Positions 37,134 to 47,882 of a DNA stretch of 64,000 nucleotides are shown here, in pieces. How positions within the stretch are numbered: position 1 is the stretch's first letter; each line of letters opens with the position of its first letter. The DNA lies in assembly GCA_963662655.2 (NCBI GenBank), contig CAXXTU010000002.1, forward strand, positions 2,528,001-2,592,000, in the 5' to 3' direction. The notes beneath the pieces were generated by a model. That model searched no databases, was not told where the DNA came from, and worked only from the letters and a program-made list of their open reading frames with translations. Source of the DNA: Candidatus Cloacimonadales bacterium. GTDB lineage: Bacteria > Cloacimonadota > Cloacimonadia > Cloacimonadales > JAIOQZ01. The position numbers and the translations under genes are program-made.

Positions 37134-37913
37134 ATGAGATTTCTCTTCTTCGGTGACGTTTTCGGGAAGCCCGGCAGGCGAATCGTTCAGGAAAACCTGC
37201 AGAAGCTCAAAGACGAATTCAGAATCGATATTTCAATCATGAACTGCGAAAACCTCGCTTCGGGCAGAGGCGTTACGCGCAAAACCGCCGTCCCTCTCTT
37301 CGAAGCGGGTATCGACGCTTTCACAAGCGGTAATCATCTATGGGACCGCAAGGAGTCGATGGAGTACCTGCATTCCGAGTCACGCATTGTCAAACCGATC
37401 AATTTTCCATGTGACGCAACTGGCAACCCCCATTATATTATCGATAAGGGGGGAATCCGTATCTGCGTCGTAACGGTGGTAGGGCACGCTTTCATGACTG
37501 GCGCAGATTTGCCCATTCAGTCGCTGGAAGAAGCGTTACCCACACTACAGAAAGAGTCTGACATAATTGTCGTCGATTTCCACGCGGAATCCACGGCGGA
37601 GAAAAGGGCCATGGGCTTCTACTTCGACGGCCAGATACAAGCTTTGCTGGGTACGCACACGCATATCCAAACCGCCGATGAGGAAATCCTGCCCCGCGGA
37701 ACAGCTTACATCACGGACGTGGGCATGACGGGACCGCACGATTCGGTTATCGGCGTTAAAAGGAAAATCATCCTCGAGAAAATGCGCACAGGTATGCCGA
37801 TCCAGTACGAGGTTGCCGATTCAGGTTTGCAGATCAACGCGGTCTGCTTCGAGATTGACGACAGTACCATGAAAGCGGTTTCCATCGAGCGAATCAGGAG
37901 GAGTGTTCACTAA
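37134..37913 (+). CDS. ymdB: YmdB-family metallophosphoesterase
   Basis: GDVFG, TSGNH, DFHAESTAEK, GTHTH; follows rny. Confidence 0.92.
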   Translation: MRFLFFGDVFGKPGRRIVQENLQKLKDEFRIDISIMNCENLASGRGVTRKTAVPLFEAGIDAFTSGNHLWDRKESMEYLHSESRIVKPINFPCDATGNPHYIIDKGGIRICVVTVVGHAFMTGADLPIQSLEEALPTLQKESDIIVVDFHAESTAEKRAMGFYFDGQIQALLGTHTHIQTADEEILPRGTAYITDVGMTGPHDSVIGVKRKIILEKMRTGMPIQYEVADSGLQINAVCFEIDDSTMKAVSIERIRRSVH

Positions 37914-38773
37914 TGCAGGTTCTTAAAGGTCTCCCTGTCGCGAAAAAACTCTTCGCGGAAGCCAGGGCCAGAATAGAGGCGAAGAATCTGGCGCCAAAGC
38001 TCACGGTTATCATTCTCGGTAACGACCCCGCAGCGATGTTCTATGTGCAGAATATCGAGAAGAAGGGCGCGAGCATCGGCGTTGATGTCACCATCATGCG
38101 TGAGGACGATTCGATTTCGCAAGATCAACTCCTTTCGATTATCCACGGGCTCAACGAAGATCCGAACGTTCACGGCATCATGGTGCAGAAACCGCTTCCG
38201 AAGCAGATCGACGACATGACTGTGTCTATCGCCATCGCACCGGAAAAGGATGTGGACGCGTTCCACCCGATGAATCTCGGAAACCTCCTTCTGGACCGCG
38301 AAGGCTTTATCCCGTGCACACCGGCTGCTGTGATGGATATGATCCGGCACTACGAGATTCCCGTTTCAGGGAAGCATGTTGTCGTGCTCGGACGTAGCGA
38401 CATCGTTGGTAAACCCATGGCGCTTCTGCTCCTGCGAAAACGCGATTTCGCCAACGCGACCGTTACCGTCTGCCACAGCCGGACACAGAATTTAGCTGAA
38501 ATCACTCGTTCCGCCGACGTCCTTATCGCCGCAATCGGCGTGGCGAGGTTCGTCAAAGCGGACATGATAAAAGAGGGCGCTGTTGTAATCGATGTCGGAG
38601 TGAATGAAATCTCCGACGGCCAGGGCGGCACAATGTACACCGGCGATGTCGATTACGACGATCTATGTGAGAAGACCACCATGATAACCCCTGTTCCAAA
38701 AGGAGTTGGGACGGTAACGACCGCACGCTTGATTTCCAATGTCGTGGAGGCTGCTTTTCGCAATCGGGAATAG
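37913..38773 (+). CDS. folD: Bifunctional methylenetetrahydrofolate dehydrogenase/cyclohydrolase
   Basis: KDVDAFHP, PCTP, GRSDIVGKP, TPVPKGVG. Confidence 0.95.
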   Translation: MQVLKGLPVAKKLFAEARARIEAKNLAPKLTVIILGNDPAAMFYVQNIEKKGASIGVDVTIMREDDSISQDQLLSIIHGLNEDPNVHGIMVQKPLPKQIDDMTVSIAIAPEKDVDAFHPMNLGNLLLDREGFIPCTPAAVMDMIRHYEIPVSGKHVVVLGRSDIVGKPMALLLLRKRDFANATVTVCHSRTQNLAEITRSADVLIAAIGVARFVKADMIKEGAVVIDVGVNEISDGQGGTMYTGDVDYDDLCEKTTMITPVPKGVGTVTTARLISNVVEAAFRNRE

Positions 38774-38904
38774 GTTTTGGGATTGATTCTGCGGATAAAG
38801 AGAAATGTTTTTTTGAAAAAATACGTGTTATTTTGGATTTTTTGTTGACGGATTCCTGTCGACAAATGAAGTTAGACGAACATTATAAGGGGATTGGAGG
38901 AAAT

Positions 38905-41376
38905 ATGCGTGGTATAACCAGCAAACTGTTTGTTCTGGCACTGATCACGATTACAGGTCTGTTTATACTAACCTCATGCGAGCACTCAAAGGGCTCTCTA
39001 AGAAGTAATCAGCCACCGTCAATACAGATCACTTCGTATAATGGAGCGGTGGATTCATCGAATGTTTATTCAGATACGCTGCTTTATCAACAGACCATAT
39101 ACTGGGAAGGTGTCGATACAGACGGTATCATTGCAGGATATGCTTTCCGTATTCTGGATAACGACGGCAATGCTGTGGGAACCTACAACTACGAAACCCT
39201 CGACGGCGAAGGTTGGGTTTACCACTACAAAGAAGGCGCTAACGAAAGCGATCCGAACCACCCGCTCGGTGATCCGGAAGTCAGCACAATTTGGACGTCT
39301 CGTCCTTCTGCTACGATTCGCTTCCCCGCCAGCATTTCTCAGCAGATTATCCGGGATTCTCTTCCTGACGGCAGCTACATTGAGACCATCATCAATGAAT
39401 CTGCAACCGGTATTCCTTACCTGTTCGAAGTGAAAGCGCTCGACAACCGAGACGCCCAGAGCAGTATTGTTGGGAAATACTTCTTCACTTACTCGGTCAA
39501 GCCGGAAACTTACATCTCCACCACCAAGGGCGAGCTCTCCTACATCGACGAAGATACGGAACAGATCGTTTACAAAGATGTCGGTCTTGGCGTTCGCTTC
39601 TCATTCTCGATGGTAGACGAAGATCCTTACATCGCAAATGACCCGAAGGAATTCAAGTACGTCCTCTACAAAGTGGACACAGACGGTAATTTCGTACAAG
39701 ACGACAATTACAAGTGGACGGAGCTTCCAGATACAACGGACTTGGACGAATGGTATATCGCGTACGATTCAGGTAACATCTCTCGCCAGATTCTCACGGC
39801 AGACCCATTCAATACGCCGCCGCTCGTGGACTTCAACGACGACAATTACCTCACGCGTATCGCCTGTATCGGTATCGACGAAGCAGGGCTTCCTTCCTAC
39901 ATGGCATATAAGGATTTCAGAGTGAAAGAGGGATTCTACCCGGGAACTCTGGTCTACAATTACGATATTTTCGCGCTCGGCGACAACCACTTTGTCGATT
40001 ACCGCGACTTCAGTCTCGGAATCGTAATCCCGAGCCGTACCACGCTTACCGGTATCGAATACTCGACACCACTGTTTATCGACCAGCACAGCAGGCTTGT
40101 CGCCCTTCATAGCGATGACCTCCAGATTCACATGTACTGGGGATTCAACGGTGAATTCAGCAACAACAGCCCTCGCGAGAAGAAAGAAGACGTTGTTCTC
40201 GACGAACAAACCGGTGTCAACTACCTCAGCGAAATCAGATTCTTCGATTTCCGCTTGAATGGCGAACCGTACAGGCTTCCTGCGTTTGGTGATCCAAGCC
40301 AGTACGTCGTCACCGATAATGACGGTACGCAGTGGAGCCGCTTCTATATCTCGAGCGAATATGCAAAGAGGGTTACGCTGGTTAACCTCGAACCAACCGA
40401 TCCTTTCGATATCAACAGCTACCACAAGTTTGAAGTTCGCGCCGTTGACCTTCAGAACGAACCGGATCCAACACCTGCCGAATTCTCATTCAAACTTGAT
40501 GCACCTCTTTCTTACGAAGAAAAACAAGGTATCTTGATCATCGACGACGAAATCGATCACGCATTCAGCCCTCAAGATACTGTTTATGCTTTCTATAACG
40601 ATTATATTGCCGGCTACACTCCAAACGAAGTACTCGATTACAAGTATCTCGAAGAAAGCGTTTGGGATTCCCAGCTCCACTTCAGTAAGGACGTTCTCTC
40701 GCCAACCGATCTCCAGAAGTACAAACTGGTCATCTGGCACGTCGAGAATCCGCCCAAAAACATCAAGAACAACTTCGCGAAAGAGTACGATGTTCTGAAT
40801 CTTTACCTTCGTAGCGGTGGTAACATCATCCTTGTCGGTGGTGCGAACCTCTCGAATGTTTACGATGCGATCGTCTCCGAAGCTTATCCCATCTTCGAGG
40901 ATTACTTCGGCCTTTCCGCTAGCGTGAACGATGTTTCTGCGGGTATTCGCTTCCTTCCTGGTCCTCTTACGCAGGAACCATATTTCATCGGCGCTGAACC
41001 CACAAATTCAGATTGGCCGCAAGTCATGGTTAATCTTGAAGGAAACTGGAGCGCTATCGGTCCGATCATCTCGGCTCGTGGCGGTATCGGCTCAGTATCG
41101 TACTTCAACAACGGCAATTTCATTTCCGGCGTCGAAGTCCTATACAAAACCATTATCAAGGATCCAAGCGCAGAGGTTTACCCTCCATCCGCGGAACAAT
41201 ACGCAGCCTACAACGAGCGTCCAAACGTACTCCGCTTCAAACGCGAAGTTGCCGGACAGGTTGGCGTGCAGCAAACATGTTACCTTGTCGGTTTCCCGCT
41301 GATCTATATGGATCAGGCTGCAACGCAAGAAATGATGGGTAAAATGATTGAAGACGTCATGACCCAAAACGACTAA
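38905..41376 (+). CDS. Large lipoprotein of unknown function (823 aa) with Ig/FN3-like modules
   Basis: GGAGG RBS before MRGITS; lipobox LTSC; W.G.D.DG, FEVKALD and FEVRAVD...DPTPA. Confidence 0.8.
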   Translation: MRGITSKLFVLALITITGLFILTSCEHSKGSLRSNQPPSIQITSYNGAVDSSNVYSDTLLYQQTIYWEGVDTDGIIAGYAFRILDNDGNAVGTYNYETLDGEGWVYHYKEGANESDPNHPLGDPEVSTIWTSRPSATIRFPASISQQIIRDSLPDGSYIETIINESATGIPYLFEVKALDNRDAQSSIVGKYFFTYSVKPETYISTTKGELSYIDEDTEQIVYKDVGLGVRFSFSMVDEDPYIANDPKEFKYVLYKVDTDGNFVQDDNYKWTELPDTTDLDEWYIAYDSGNISRQILTADPFNTPPLVDFNDDNYLTRIACIGIDEAGLPSYMAYKDFRVKEGFYPGTLVYNYDIFALGDNHFVDYRDFSLGIVIPSRTTLTGIEYSTPLFIDQHSRLVALHSDDLQIHMYWGFNGEFSNNSPREKKEDVVLDEQTGVNYLSEIRFFDFRLNGEPYRLPAFGDPSQYVVTDNDGTQWSRFYISSEYAKRVTLVNLEPTDPFDINSYHKFEVRAVDLQNEPDPTPAEFSFKLDAPLSYEEKQGILIIDDEIDHAFSPQDTVYAFYNDYIAGYTPNEVLDYKYLEESVWDSQLHFSKDVLSPTDLQKYKLVIWHVENPPKNIKNNFAKEYDVLNLYLRSGGNIILVGGANLSNVYDAIVSEAYPIFEDYFGLSASVNDVSAGIRFLPGPLTQEPYFIGAEPTNSDWPQVMVNLEGNWSAIGPIISARGGIGSVSYFNNGNFISGVEVLYKTIIKDPSAEVYPPSAEQYAAYNERPNVLRFKREVAGQVGVQQTCYLVGFPLIYMDQAATQEMMGKMIEDVMTQND

Positions 41377-41399
41377 TCATATCACGCAGATAGATTTGG

Positions 41400-41430
41400 A
41401 AACGCCGGAGATCATCCGGCGTTTTCTTTT
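41400..41430 (+). terminator. Rho-independent terminator
   Basis: AAACGCCGGA-GATCA-TCCGGCGTTT followed by a T-run. Confidence 0.75.
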
Positions 41431-41525
41431 ACATCGCAATACGCTTCCAGGAAAGCAGCAATCCATCCACTTTTTATTGACACGTTTTGACCTTCGCGTT
41501 CATTCTAATCGCAGAGGAGGTTCCT

Positions 41526-42188
41526 ATGTGCGGACGCTTCGCCATCTATTCAAGCTTGCAGGACTTGTTCAAATACATCCGGTACATCAATGATCCCGAC
41601 GAGTACGACATCCGTTACAATGCCTCCCCAACGAATATTCTGCCGGTTTTTCGCAGGAACGACGAAGGCGTTGTCCTGGGTAATCTGCGCTGGGGACTGA
41701 TTCCATTCTGGTCGAAGGACGATACGATCGGGGGGAAGCTGATCAACGCTCGCAGTGAATCCGCCGGCGATAAACCAAGCTTCCGCAACGCGTATCGTTC
41801 GCGGCACTGTCTGATTCCCGCAAACGGCTTCTTCGAGTGGAGAAAGAACGATAAGCAGCCGATGTACATTTTCCTGAAGGATCATCCGATCTTCTGCTTT
41901 GCGGGGCTCTGGGAGAACTGGAAAGCGCCCTCCGGCGAATACGTCAGGACATTCACCATCCTCACGACGCAGCCGAACGAAATCATGGGCGACATCCACG
42001 ACAGGATGCCTGTGATTCTACCGCCAGGAAAGGAACTCGAGTGGTTTGACTGCGAAGGCGACATCGAAGCGTCGAACGCATTCATGAAGCCCCTTGATTC
42101 GGGGCTGATGACGTATTATCCCGTTTCAAAGCTTGTGAATTCGCCTCGCAACAACACAGAGGCTGTAACAACGCCTCTCGGCGCGTAG
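41526..42188 (+). CDS. SOS response-associated peptidase (SRAP, YedK/HMCES family)
   Basis: N-terminal MCGRF after GAGGAGG; WGLIP, INARSE, GFFEW, IHDRMP. Confidence 0.93.
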   Translation: MCGRFAIYSSLQDLFKYIRYINDPDEYDIRYNASPTNILPVFRRNDEGVVLGNLRWGLIPFWSKDDTIGGKLINARSESAGDKPSFRNAYRSRHCLIPANGFFEWRKNDKQPMYIFLKDHPIFCFAGLWENWKAPSGEYVRTFTILTTQPNEIMGDIHDRMPVILPPGKELEWFDCEGDIEASNAFMKPLDSGLMTYYPVSKLVNSPRNNTEAVTTPLGA

Positions 42189-42189
42189 G

Positions 42190-43551
42190 CTATTCGATAT
42201 TCTTCAGGTACGTATAGAGCTCGCTTCTCGTGATCCCCAGAAAGCGTGCGGTTTTCGACTTGTTACCTTCGTTCTTGTCGAGAGCTTCCTCGACGATCGA
42301 ATTGATGAACTCCTGTAAATTGAAATCCTTGTTGGAGGCGATCAGGCTTTCGACACTGGTTCCTCCGCCGTTCTGAGGAACCGTTCGGTTGAGGATATGC
42401 TCGATATGAATCGGATCGATCCTCTCGTCCTGATACAGCAACGATATCCGCTCGAGGACGTGCTTGAGTTCACGCACATTCCCGGGCCAGCGATATCGCT
42501 CCAGCAGCTTTGCCGCTTCCTTCGACACACTCGTGAACGTGGTGCGCTTGTCTACTTGCATCCTCTTGAGAAAATAGCTTGTAAATGGCACGATTTCATC
42601 CACCCTCTCTCGCAGCGGCGGAATGCGTATCAGACCTACGGATAGGCGGTGAAAAAGATCTTCGCGGAGTTTACCCTGCTGTAAACAGTGCTCGACGTCA
42701 CAGTTCGTTGCGCAGATAATCCGGGCGTTCGTATGGATTTTCTTTGTTCCGCCCACGCGGAAGAACTCACGCTCTTGCAGCAGACGGAGAAGTTTTGCCT
42801 GATACTCGTGCTTGAGCTCTCCGATCTCGTCCAGAAAGAGCGTTCCGTTCTCGGCAAGCTCGATTTTACCGGATTTCCCTTCACGAGAGCTGCCGGTGAA
42901 GCTGCCGGCCTCGTATCCGAACAACTCGCTCTCGAACAGCTCGGGAGGGATCGCCGCACAATTGATCGCGATAAAGGGGGTCGTTTTCTCGCTACGATGA
43001 ATTTCACGGGCTACGACCTCTTTTCCCGTACCCGTTTCACCTGCCAGAAGGATTGGGATGTCCGGTTTCTCGTGAAGCTTACGAGTAAAATCATAGATAT
43101 CCCTCATTTTGTCGCAGAACACCACGAAATCGTCCCCGGTCGTCGAGTAAACCTTCAGGATACTCTTCATGCGGCGGTTGTTGCTTCGCAGATTGAGGTA
43201 CTCCTCGATGCGATCGAGCAGAACCTTGAGCTCCATCATATCCACGGGCTTCATCAGGTAGTCGTAAGCGCCTTCTTTCATCGCTTCAACCGCATTGCGG
43301 ACAGTACCGTGACCGGTTATCATCACCACGATGGCACCCGGATTGGTCTTCCTGACGATGCGCAGCAACTCCATTCCGTCCATCACCGGCATCATGATAT
43401 CGGAGAGGATCATGTCGTAGTGGTTCGTCTTCATCAGCTCGAGCGCTTTCTCCGCGTTTTCGCAGAGCTTCACCTTGTGGCCGACCCTTTCGAGAAATTC
43501 ACCGATCGACGCCCGGATGGCAGCTTCGTCATCAACAAACAGAATCCGCAT
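42190..43551 (-). CDS. NtrC/AtoC-family sigma54 response regulator
   Basis: Receiver (VDDE, SDIMMP, KP); GETGTGKE; GSFTGS; LFLDEIG; HTH. Confidence 0.92.
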   Translation of the reverse strand: MRILFVDDEAAIRASIGEFLERVGHKVKLCENAEKALELMKTNHYDMILSDIMMPVMDGMELLRIVRKTNPGAIVVMITGHGTVRNAVEAMKEGAYDYLMKPVDMMELKVLLDRIEEYLNLRSNNRRMKSILKVYSTTGDDFVVFCDKMRDIYDFTRKLHEKPDIPILLAGETGTGKEVVAREIHRSEKTTPFIAINCAAIPPELFESELFGYEAGSFTGSSREGKSGKIELAENGTLFLDEIGELKHEYQAKLLRLLQEREFFRVGGTKKIHTNARIICATNCDVEHCLQQGKLREDLFHRLSVGLIRIPPLRERVDEIVPFTSYFLKRMQVDKRTTFTSVSKEAAKLLERYRWPGNVRELKHVLERISLLYQDERIDPIHIEHILNRTVPQNGGGTSVESLIASNKDFNLQEFINSIVEEALDKNEGNKSKTARFLGITRSELYTYLKNIE

Positions 43552-43727
43552 CGGTTCCCCCTTTGTTTCATATTCTCATCGACAAGTTTGCTGGCAAGTT
43601 TTTTCACTCGATCCGCGACGTATTCCCGTAAGCAGAGAGAGCGCTTTACCTTTCCACGATGAATATTATATATTGTTGACAGAATAAGGCGGAATTGCAG
43701 CATTATGTATCTCGACGGAGGTCCCTT

Positions 43728-44765
43728 ATGGAACATCAATTTCTCTCGGAATGCGCGATGAATCTTCTCGATTCGATTTTCGACGGCGTTTATATCGTCG
43801 ATCCGGATCGAAAGATCATCTTCTGGAACAAAGGTGCGGAGCAAATCACCGGCTACAAGCGTGAAGAGGTGATGGGATTCTCCTGCAAGGACGATATATT
43901 GAACCACATCGACGGCGACGGAAACCTGCTTTGCACCGGGAGATGCCCCATTGTAAAGGTGTTCGAGACCGGAGAAGCCCAGACGGCGAAAGTGTATCCT
44001 CTTCACCGGGACGGCAAACGCTTCCCGGTGAAAACGCATATCTCCGCAATCCGCAACGAGCAAGGCGAGATCGTCGCCTCCATCGAAGTCTTTCGCGATA
44101 TATCCGCTGAAGAGGATTACCGTATTCTTCAAGAGAAATTCCAGCGCCTTATCCAACGCTACGTTTCGGCTGCAACCTACGAAGAAGTGCGCCACCTCGC
44201 TTCAAGCAATTCCCTCACCACGACGAAAGTCCGCGAACTGACCATCATGTATCTCGACGTCGTCGGATTCACGACCTTCACGGAGCAGAACACCTCGGAG
44301 GAGGCCGTACAGATGCTGAACGACCTGTTCGGCGTGTGCGACGTGATTACGCGAGAATCGCTGGGGGATATCGATAAGTTCGTGGGTGACGCGCTCATGG
44401 CTACGTTCATCGATGCCAACGACGCTGTCACTGCTGCCGACAGGATACTCAACCTGGCGCTCCCGGAGTTGAATCTTCAGCGCAAGAAGCAGGGGAAAGA
44501 GGCGATTCACATCCGCATCGGTATCAACAGCGGAAGCGTTCTACAGGGGGATATCGGGACAAAAGAGCGCAGCGACCTCACCGTCATCGGAGACGTCGTG
44601 AACACCGCGTCGCGCATTGAAAAAGCGGCAGATACGGATTGTTTGTTCATCTCCGAATCTACCGCTTCAAGACTCAATATGGATATCTATCGCCAGTTCG
44701 AACCAGCGGGAGTCATTCAGCTCCGGGGTAAGGAGCGTTTCATCCAGCTTTTCCGAATGGGATAG
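43728..44765 (+). CDS. PAS-domain class III adenylate cyclase
   Basis: PAS domain; YLDVVGFT, DKFVGD, TVIGDVVNTASR; GGAGG RBS before MEHQF. Confidence 0.9.
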   Translation: MEHQFLSECAMNLLDSIFDGVYIVDPDRKIIFWNKGAEQITGYKREEVMGFSCKDDILNHIDGDGNLLCTGRCPIVKVFETGEAQTAKVYPLHRDGKRFPVKTHISAIRNEQGEIVASIEVFRDISAEEDYRILQEKFQRLIQRYVSAATYEEVRHLASSNSLTTTKVRELTIMYLDVVGFTTFTEQNTSEEAVQMLNDLFGVCDVITRESLGDIDKFVGDALMATFIDANDAVTAADRILNLALPELNLQRKKQGKEAIHIRIGINSGSVLQGDIGTKERSDLTVIGDVVNTASRIEKAADTDCLFISESTASRLNMDIYRQFEPAGVIQLRGKERFIQLFRMG

Positions 44766-44773
44766 CCTGAAAC

Positions 44774-45385
44774 TTATATAGCTTTCTCGAGAGAGCTGAG
44801 GTCCATTTTCTCCACAAACGCTTTGAGAACGTCGCCCGATTCGATCTGGGAGCCGTTTATGATGATGCTTTTGGCTTCGCCGACTTTGATCGTCAGGGTT
44901 CCCGACTGACCTTCCTGATCGAACTCAAGCGTTCCAGTATAACCCTGGATTCTCACGGAAGAACTTCCGGACATCGCACCGCCGAACATCTGTCCCATAT
45001 TGGCGAAACTTGCCGCCTGGCCGATCACTCCACCAACGGTGATGCTCAAATCGACGCTCGCTCCACTCTCGCTTGAATAGGATGCTTCGGCAGCCAGAGA
45101 ATTTGTCGAGCCCATGAACGCGCCGGCGGTACCGAGTCCCGTGGAGCTCTTGCTTTCCTGCGTGAACCCGGCCGGAGCGTCGGGAATGAATGCCAGAAGC
45201 TTCTGCGCCAGGATTTCGTTGATTTTGGAAAGCGCGTAATTGATCTCATCGACAGCCTTGGAATAGTCTTCCTTCGCCGTAAGGTTCTTCGCCGTATCGA
45301 GGCTGCTCAGGGCCTCTTCCTTTGGTCCAGCAACCAGAAGAACGCTGATTGCAACAATCGCGAAAACAAAAAACATTTTCTTCAT
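44774..45385 (-). CDS. Secreted hypothetical protein (203 aa)
   Basis: GGAGG RBS and signal peptide at MKKMFF. The longer track ORF is an upstream extension that overlaps the GT4 gene. Confidence 0.75.
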   Translation of the reverse strand: MKKMFFVFAIVAISVLLVAGPKEEALSSLDTAKNLTAKEDYSKAVDEINYALSKINEILAQKLLAFIPDAPAGFTQESKSSTGLGTAGAFMGSTNSLAAEASYSSESGASVDLSITVGGVIGQAASFANMGQMFGGAMSGSSSVRIQGYTGTLEFDQEGQSGTLTIKVGEAKSIIINGSQIESGDVLKAFVEKMDLSSLEKAI

Positions 45386-45438
45386 GATTTTCCTCCAGAT
45401 TATAAAATTGAATGAGACAAATCCTGCTTGATTTTCTG

Positions 45439-46674
45439 TCAAGAAGAATGCGCACCGCGATCTAGCAATCGCGTCATCTCTTCTTCCATACGGATGAAAA
45501 TCGCTTCCCAGGACTTGCTTCGAATAAATTGATCCGTTTTCCGCCAATCGATCGGCACGTCGTTCTTCTGCGCCTGAATTTGCTTCCGTAACGCCTCTTT
45601 CAGGTCGGCCTCGAACGTTGCCAGGCACCCCTGCTCCGGGCAATCGATGGTTGCCATTTTCGGCATGGGCACATACGCGACCAGCGAAGCATCGATCCTG
45701 CTCAACCACTCCCTCACCCCCGGGAGATCGGTGCAAACGCAGCGCATTCCGCACGCAATCGCCTCGATGAGAACCAGCGGCATTCCCTCGTAAAACGAAG
45801 GCAGGATGAAGAGATCGCCCGATCTGAAAAACTCCGCGAGCCTCTCCTGTGGAACCGCGCCAATGAGCTCGATAGGAGCGTCCGACCGCCCAACGGCGTC
45901 GGTGATCTCATCCGCCTCCACACCGCTTCCCGAGCCGATCAACAACAGCTCCAGGGATTCGTCCGCAACAGATTCGAATACATGAATCAGTTGCATCACG
46001 CCCTTGGCAGCGCTGAGCTTCCCGGCATAGATCAATCGCAGAACATCCCGCCGGGGTTTCTCCTGTCGGAAGAAGAGCTCGGAACGATATCCGTTGCCGA
46101 TATCGAGGACATTCGATAAACCGTACCTCTTTTCAATCTGCTCCTTCTGAAAGCGATTGGGAGCGAGAACAAGGTCAACACCCCGCAGGCCTCCGACGAC
46201 CTCGTCCCTGAACCGACTGGCCAGTGTAAGTTGACGCAGGCCGGTTCCATGCGCATAGGCAATCACCGGTATATTCCCGCTGAGTTTCAGCGCGATGGTC
46301 GATAGAATCCATAGATGGTGGGTCAAAATGACATCGGGCTTGAATTGCTCAATCACGTCGCGGATTACCCGCTCGAATTCAGCTTTCCAGGACGCGACCA
46401 TCGCCGGCGTCATCTCGCTGTAACGCGTGGAGGGATAGGGCATGACATCGCTCATCCCCACCACGTGAAACGGCAACGCTTCGGTCTCAAACAACACAGG
46501 GTAGAGCAACGTTCCCGCGGGAAAGCCGAAATCGGCTTCACGATCCGATACGGGGATTCCGGCAACCACCGCCTGTTCGTGGCCTCTCTTCGCTCCGATA
46601 TTCAGAGTGGAAAGCAGGTTGATTCCGCTACCGGTTCGGCCTGGTCGCTGCGCGAGAAGGTGCAGGATTCTCAT
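45439..46674 (-). CDS. Glycosyltransferase family 4
   Basis: YAGKLSAAKG and LPSFYEGMPLVLIEA (Ex7E motif). Confidence 0.9.
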   Translation of the reverse strand: MRILHLLAQRPGRTGSGINLLSTLNIGAKRGHEQAVVAGIPVSDREADFGFPAGTLLYPVLFETEALPFHVVGMSDVMPYPSTRYSEMTPAMVASWKAEFERVIRDVIEQFKPDVILTHHLWILSTIALKLSGNIPVIAYAHGTGLRQLTLASRFRDEVVGGLRGVDLVLAPNRFQKEQIEKRYGLSNVLDIGNGYRSELFFRQEKPRRDVLRLIYAGKLSAAKGVMQLIHVFESVADESLELLLIGSGSGVEADEITDAVGRSDAPIELIGAVPQERLAEFFRSGDLFILPSFYEGMPLVLIEAIACGMRCVCTDLPGVREWLSRIDASLVAYVPMPKMATIDCPEQGCLATFEADLKEALRKQIQAQKNDVPIDWRKTDQFIRSKSWEAIFIRMEEEMTRLLDRGAHSS

Positions 46675-47171
46675 TTTCTGAAATATCCGCTCCCCACCAC
46701 GTAATCGATATCGCCGACGCGCTTGTAATAGGCTTTGCTGCGCTCGATCTCCTCTGAATCCGGCTTGGCAATCGCTACGTCGATCCAGCCTTCTCCCTTT
46801 TCTTGCGCGCCACGGATCATCTGCTCAACGACAGGATTTCCGTCGGCATCAACGTTCTTCAAGAGATTCTTTCCCTTGAGATTGGCGTCTCCGCCATGAG
46901 CCACGCATACTCCATCAAAGTCATACACATACACGTAGTGATTTTTTTCGTGAAACTTCCCACCCGGGGATGTGATTTCATCAAATGCTTCCCGGAGCGT
47001 CTCGATCGATTCGCTCATCGAGAGAAGGAAGTCAACGGCGTTTTCTGTAATTTCCTTGGAGGATACTTCTTCCGAAGTCAGGTCGAGCCGGGCTTCTTTC
47101 GCTTCTTTTTTCATTCCACAGCCAGCCATGATAAGAGCTGCCAACAACATTGCGATCCATGTCCATTTCAT
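46671..47171 (-). CDS. Stand-alone Cache-domain lipoprotein
   Basis: Lipobox MAGC; YVYVYD..G..VAHG...GKN.....DADG...GEGWID...VGSGY. Confidence 0.8.
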   Translation of the reverse strand: MKWTWIAMLLAALIMAGCGMKKEAKEARLDLTSEEVSSKEITENAVDFLLSMSESIETLREAFDEITSPGGKFHEKNHYVYVYDFDGVCVAHGGDANLKGKNLLKNVDADGNPVVEQMIRGAQEKGEGWIDVAIAKPDSEEIERSKAYYKRVGDIDYVVGSGYFRK

Positions 47172-47183
47172 AAGGTACTTCCT

Positions 47184-47882
47184 TTATTCGTTTGTATTTG
47201 TCATCCATTCCACAGCCGACTGCGCATGTATTGGCAGGGTGTCGAACACGGGTAAATTCGTATTGATATGATCCATAAGCATATAGAGCTCGGTGCATCC
47301 CAGCACAATTGCGTCGGCACCCAAGTTCTCGAGATCGGTAATACAACGCTGGAAGAAGCCAACCGCTTTGGGTGTCACATTGCCTAGCGAGAGCTCCTCG
47401 TAAATTGCGTTACTCAGCTCGACGCCAAACGCATTGGCCGGCGCAAGCGACTTCATGCCGTACCTCTCTTTCAATCTCTCGTGATAGAAATACTCGTACA
47501 TCGTGAAGGTAGTCCCGAGAATTCCCGGCCGATGTACATCCTGTTCCTTCATCACCTCACCCAGGGCGTCGGCAATGTGCAGGATGGGGATATCGAGCTT
47601 TTCTTGTATGTCGTAGTAATATCGGTGCAGGGTGTTGGCACAGAGCAGGAGTCCTTCCGCTCCGGCCTGTTGAAGCTTCTGCGCGGTTTCGATCAGATAA
47701 TCTCTGCTCTTGTCGACGAGCTGAAGTTCGCGCAGTTCCGTGAAATCGACGGAGACCAGCAGCATTCTGGCTGAATGCGTACCGCCCAGCCTCTTCTGTA
47801 CCCCCTGATTGATCGTCCGATAATATTCGATGGTCGAGTGCCACGTCGTGCCGCCGATTAACCCGAGCGTTTTCATATTCAC
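47184..47882 (-). CDS. Aspartate/glutamate racemase family protein (YgeA/RacX-like)
   Basis: LGLIGG..W.ST..YY, LCANT and LGCTE. Start at 47882 or 47876. Confidence 0.9.
   Translation of the reverse strand: MNMKTLGLIGGTTWHSTIEYYRTINQGVQKRLGGTHSARMLLVSVDFTELRELQLVDKSRDYLIETAQKLQQAGAEGLLLCANTLHRYYYDIQEKLDIPILHIADALGEVMKEQDVHRPGILGTTFTMYEYFYHERLKERYGMKSLAPANAFGVELSNAIYEELSLGNVTPKAVGFFQRCITDLENLGADAIVLGCTELYMLMDHINTNLPVFDTLPIHAQSAVEWMTNTNE

Noticed and set aside
41430..41525. LexA box upstream of the SRAP gene
   Set aside because: No recognisable palindromic SOS box was found.
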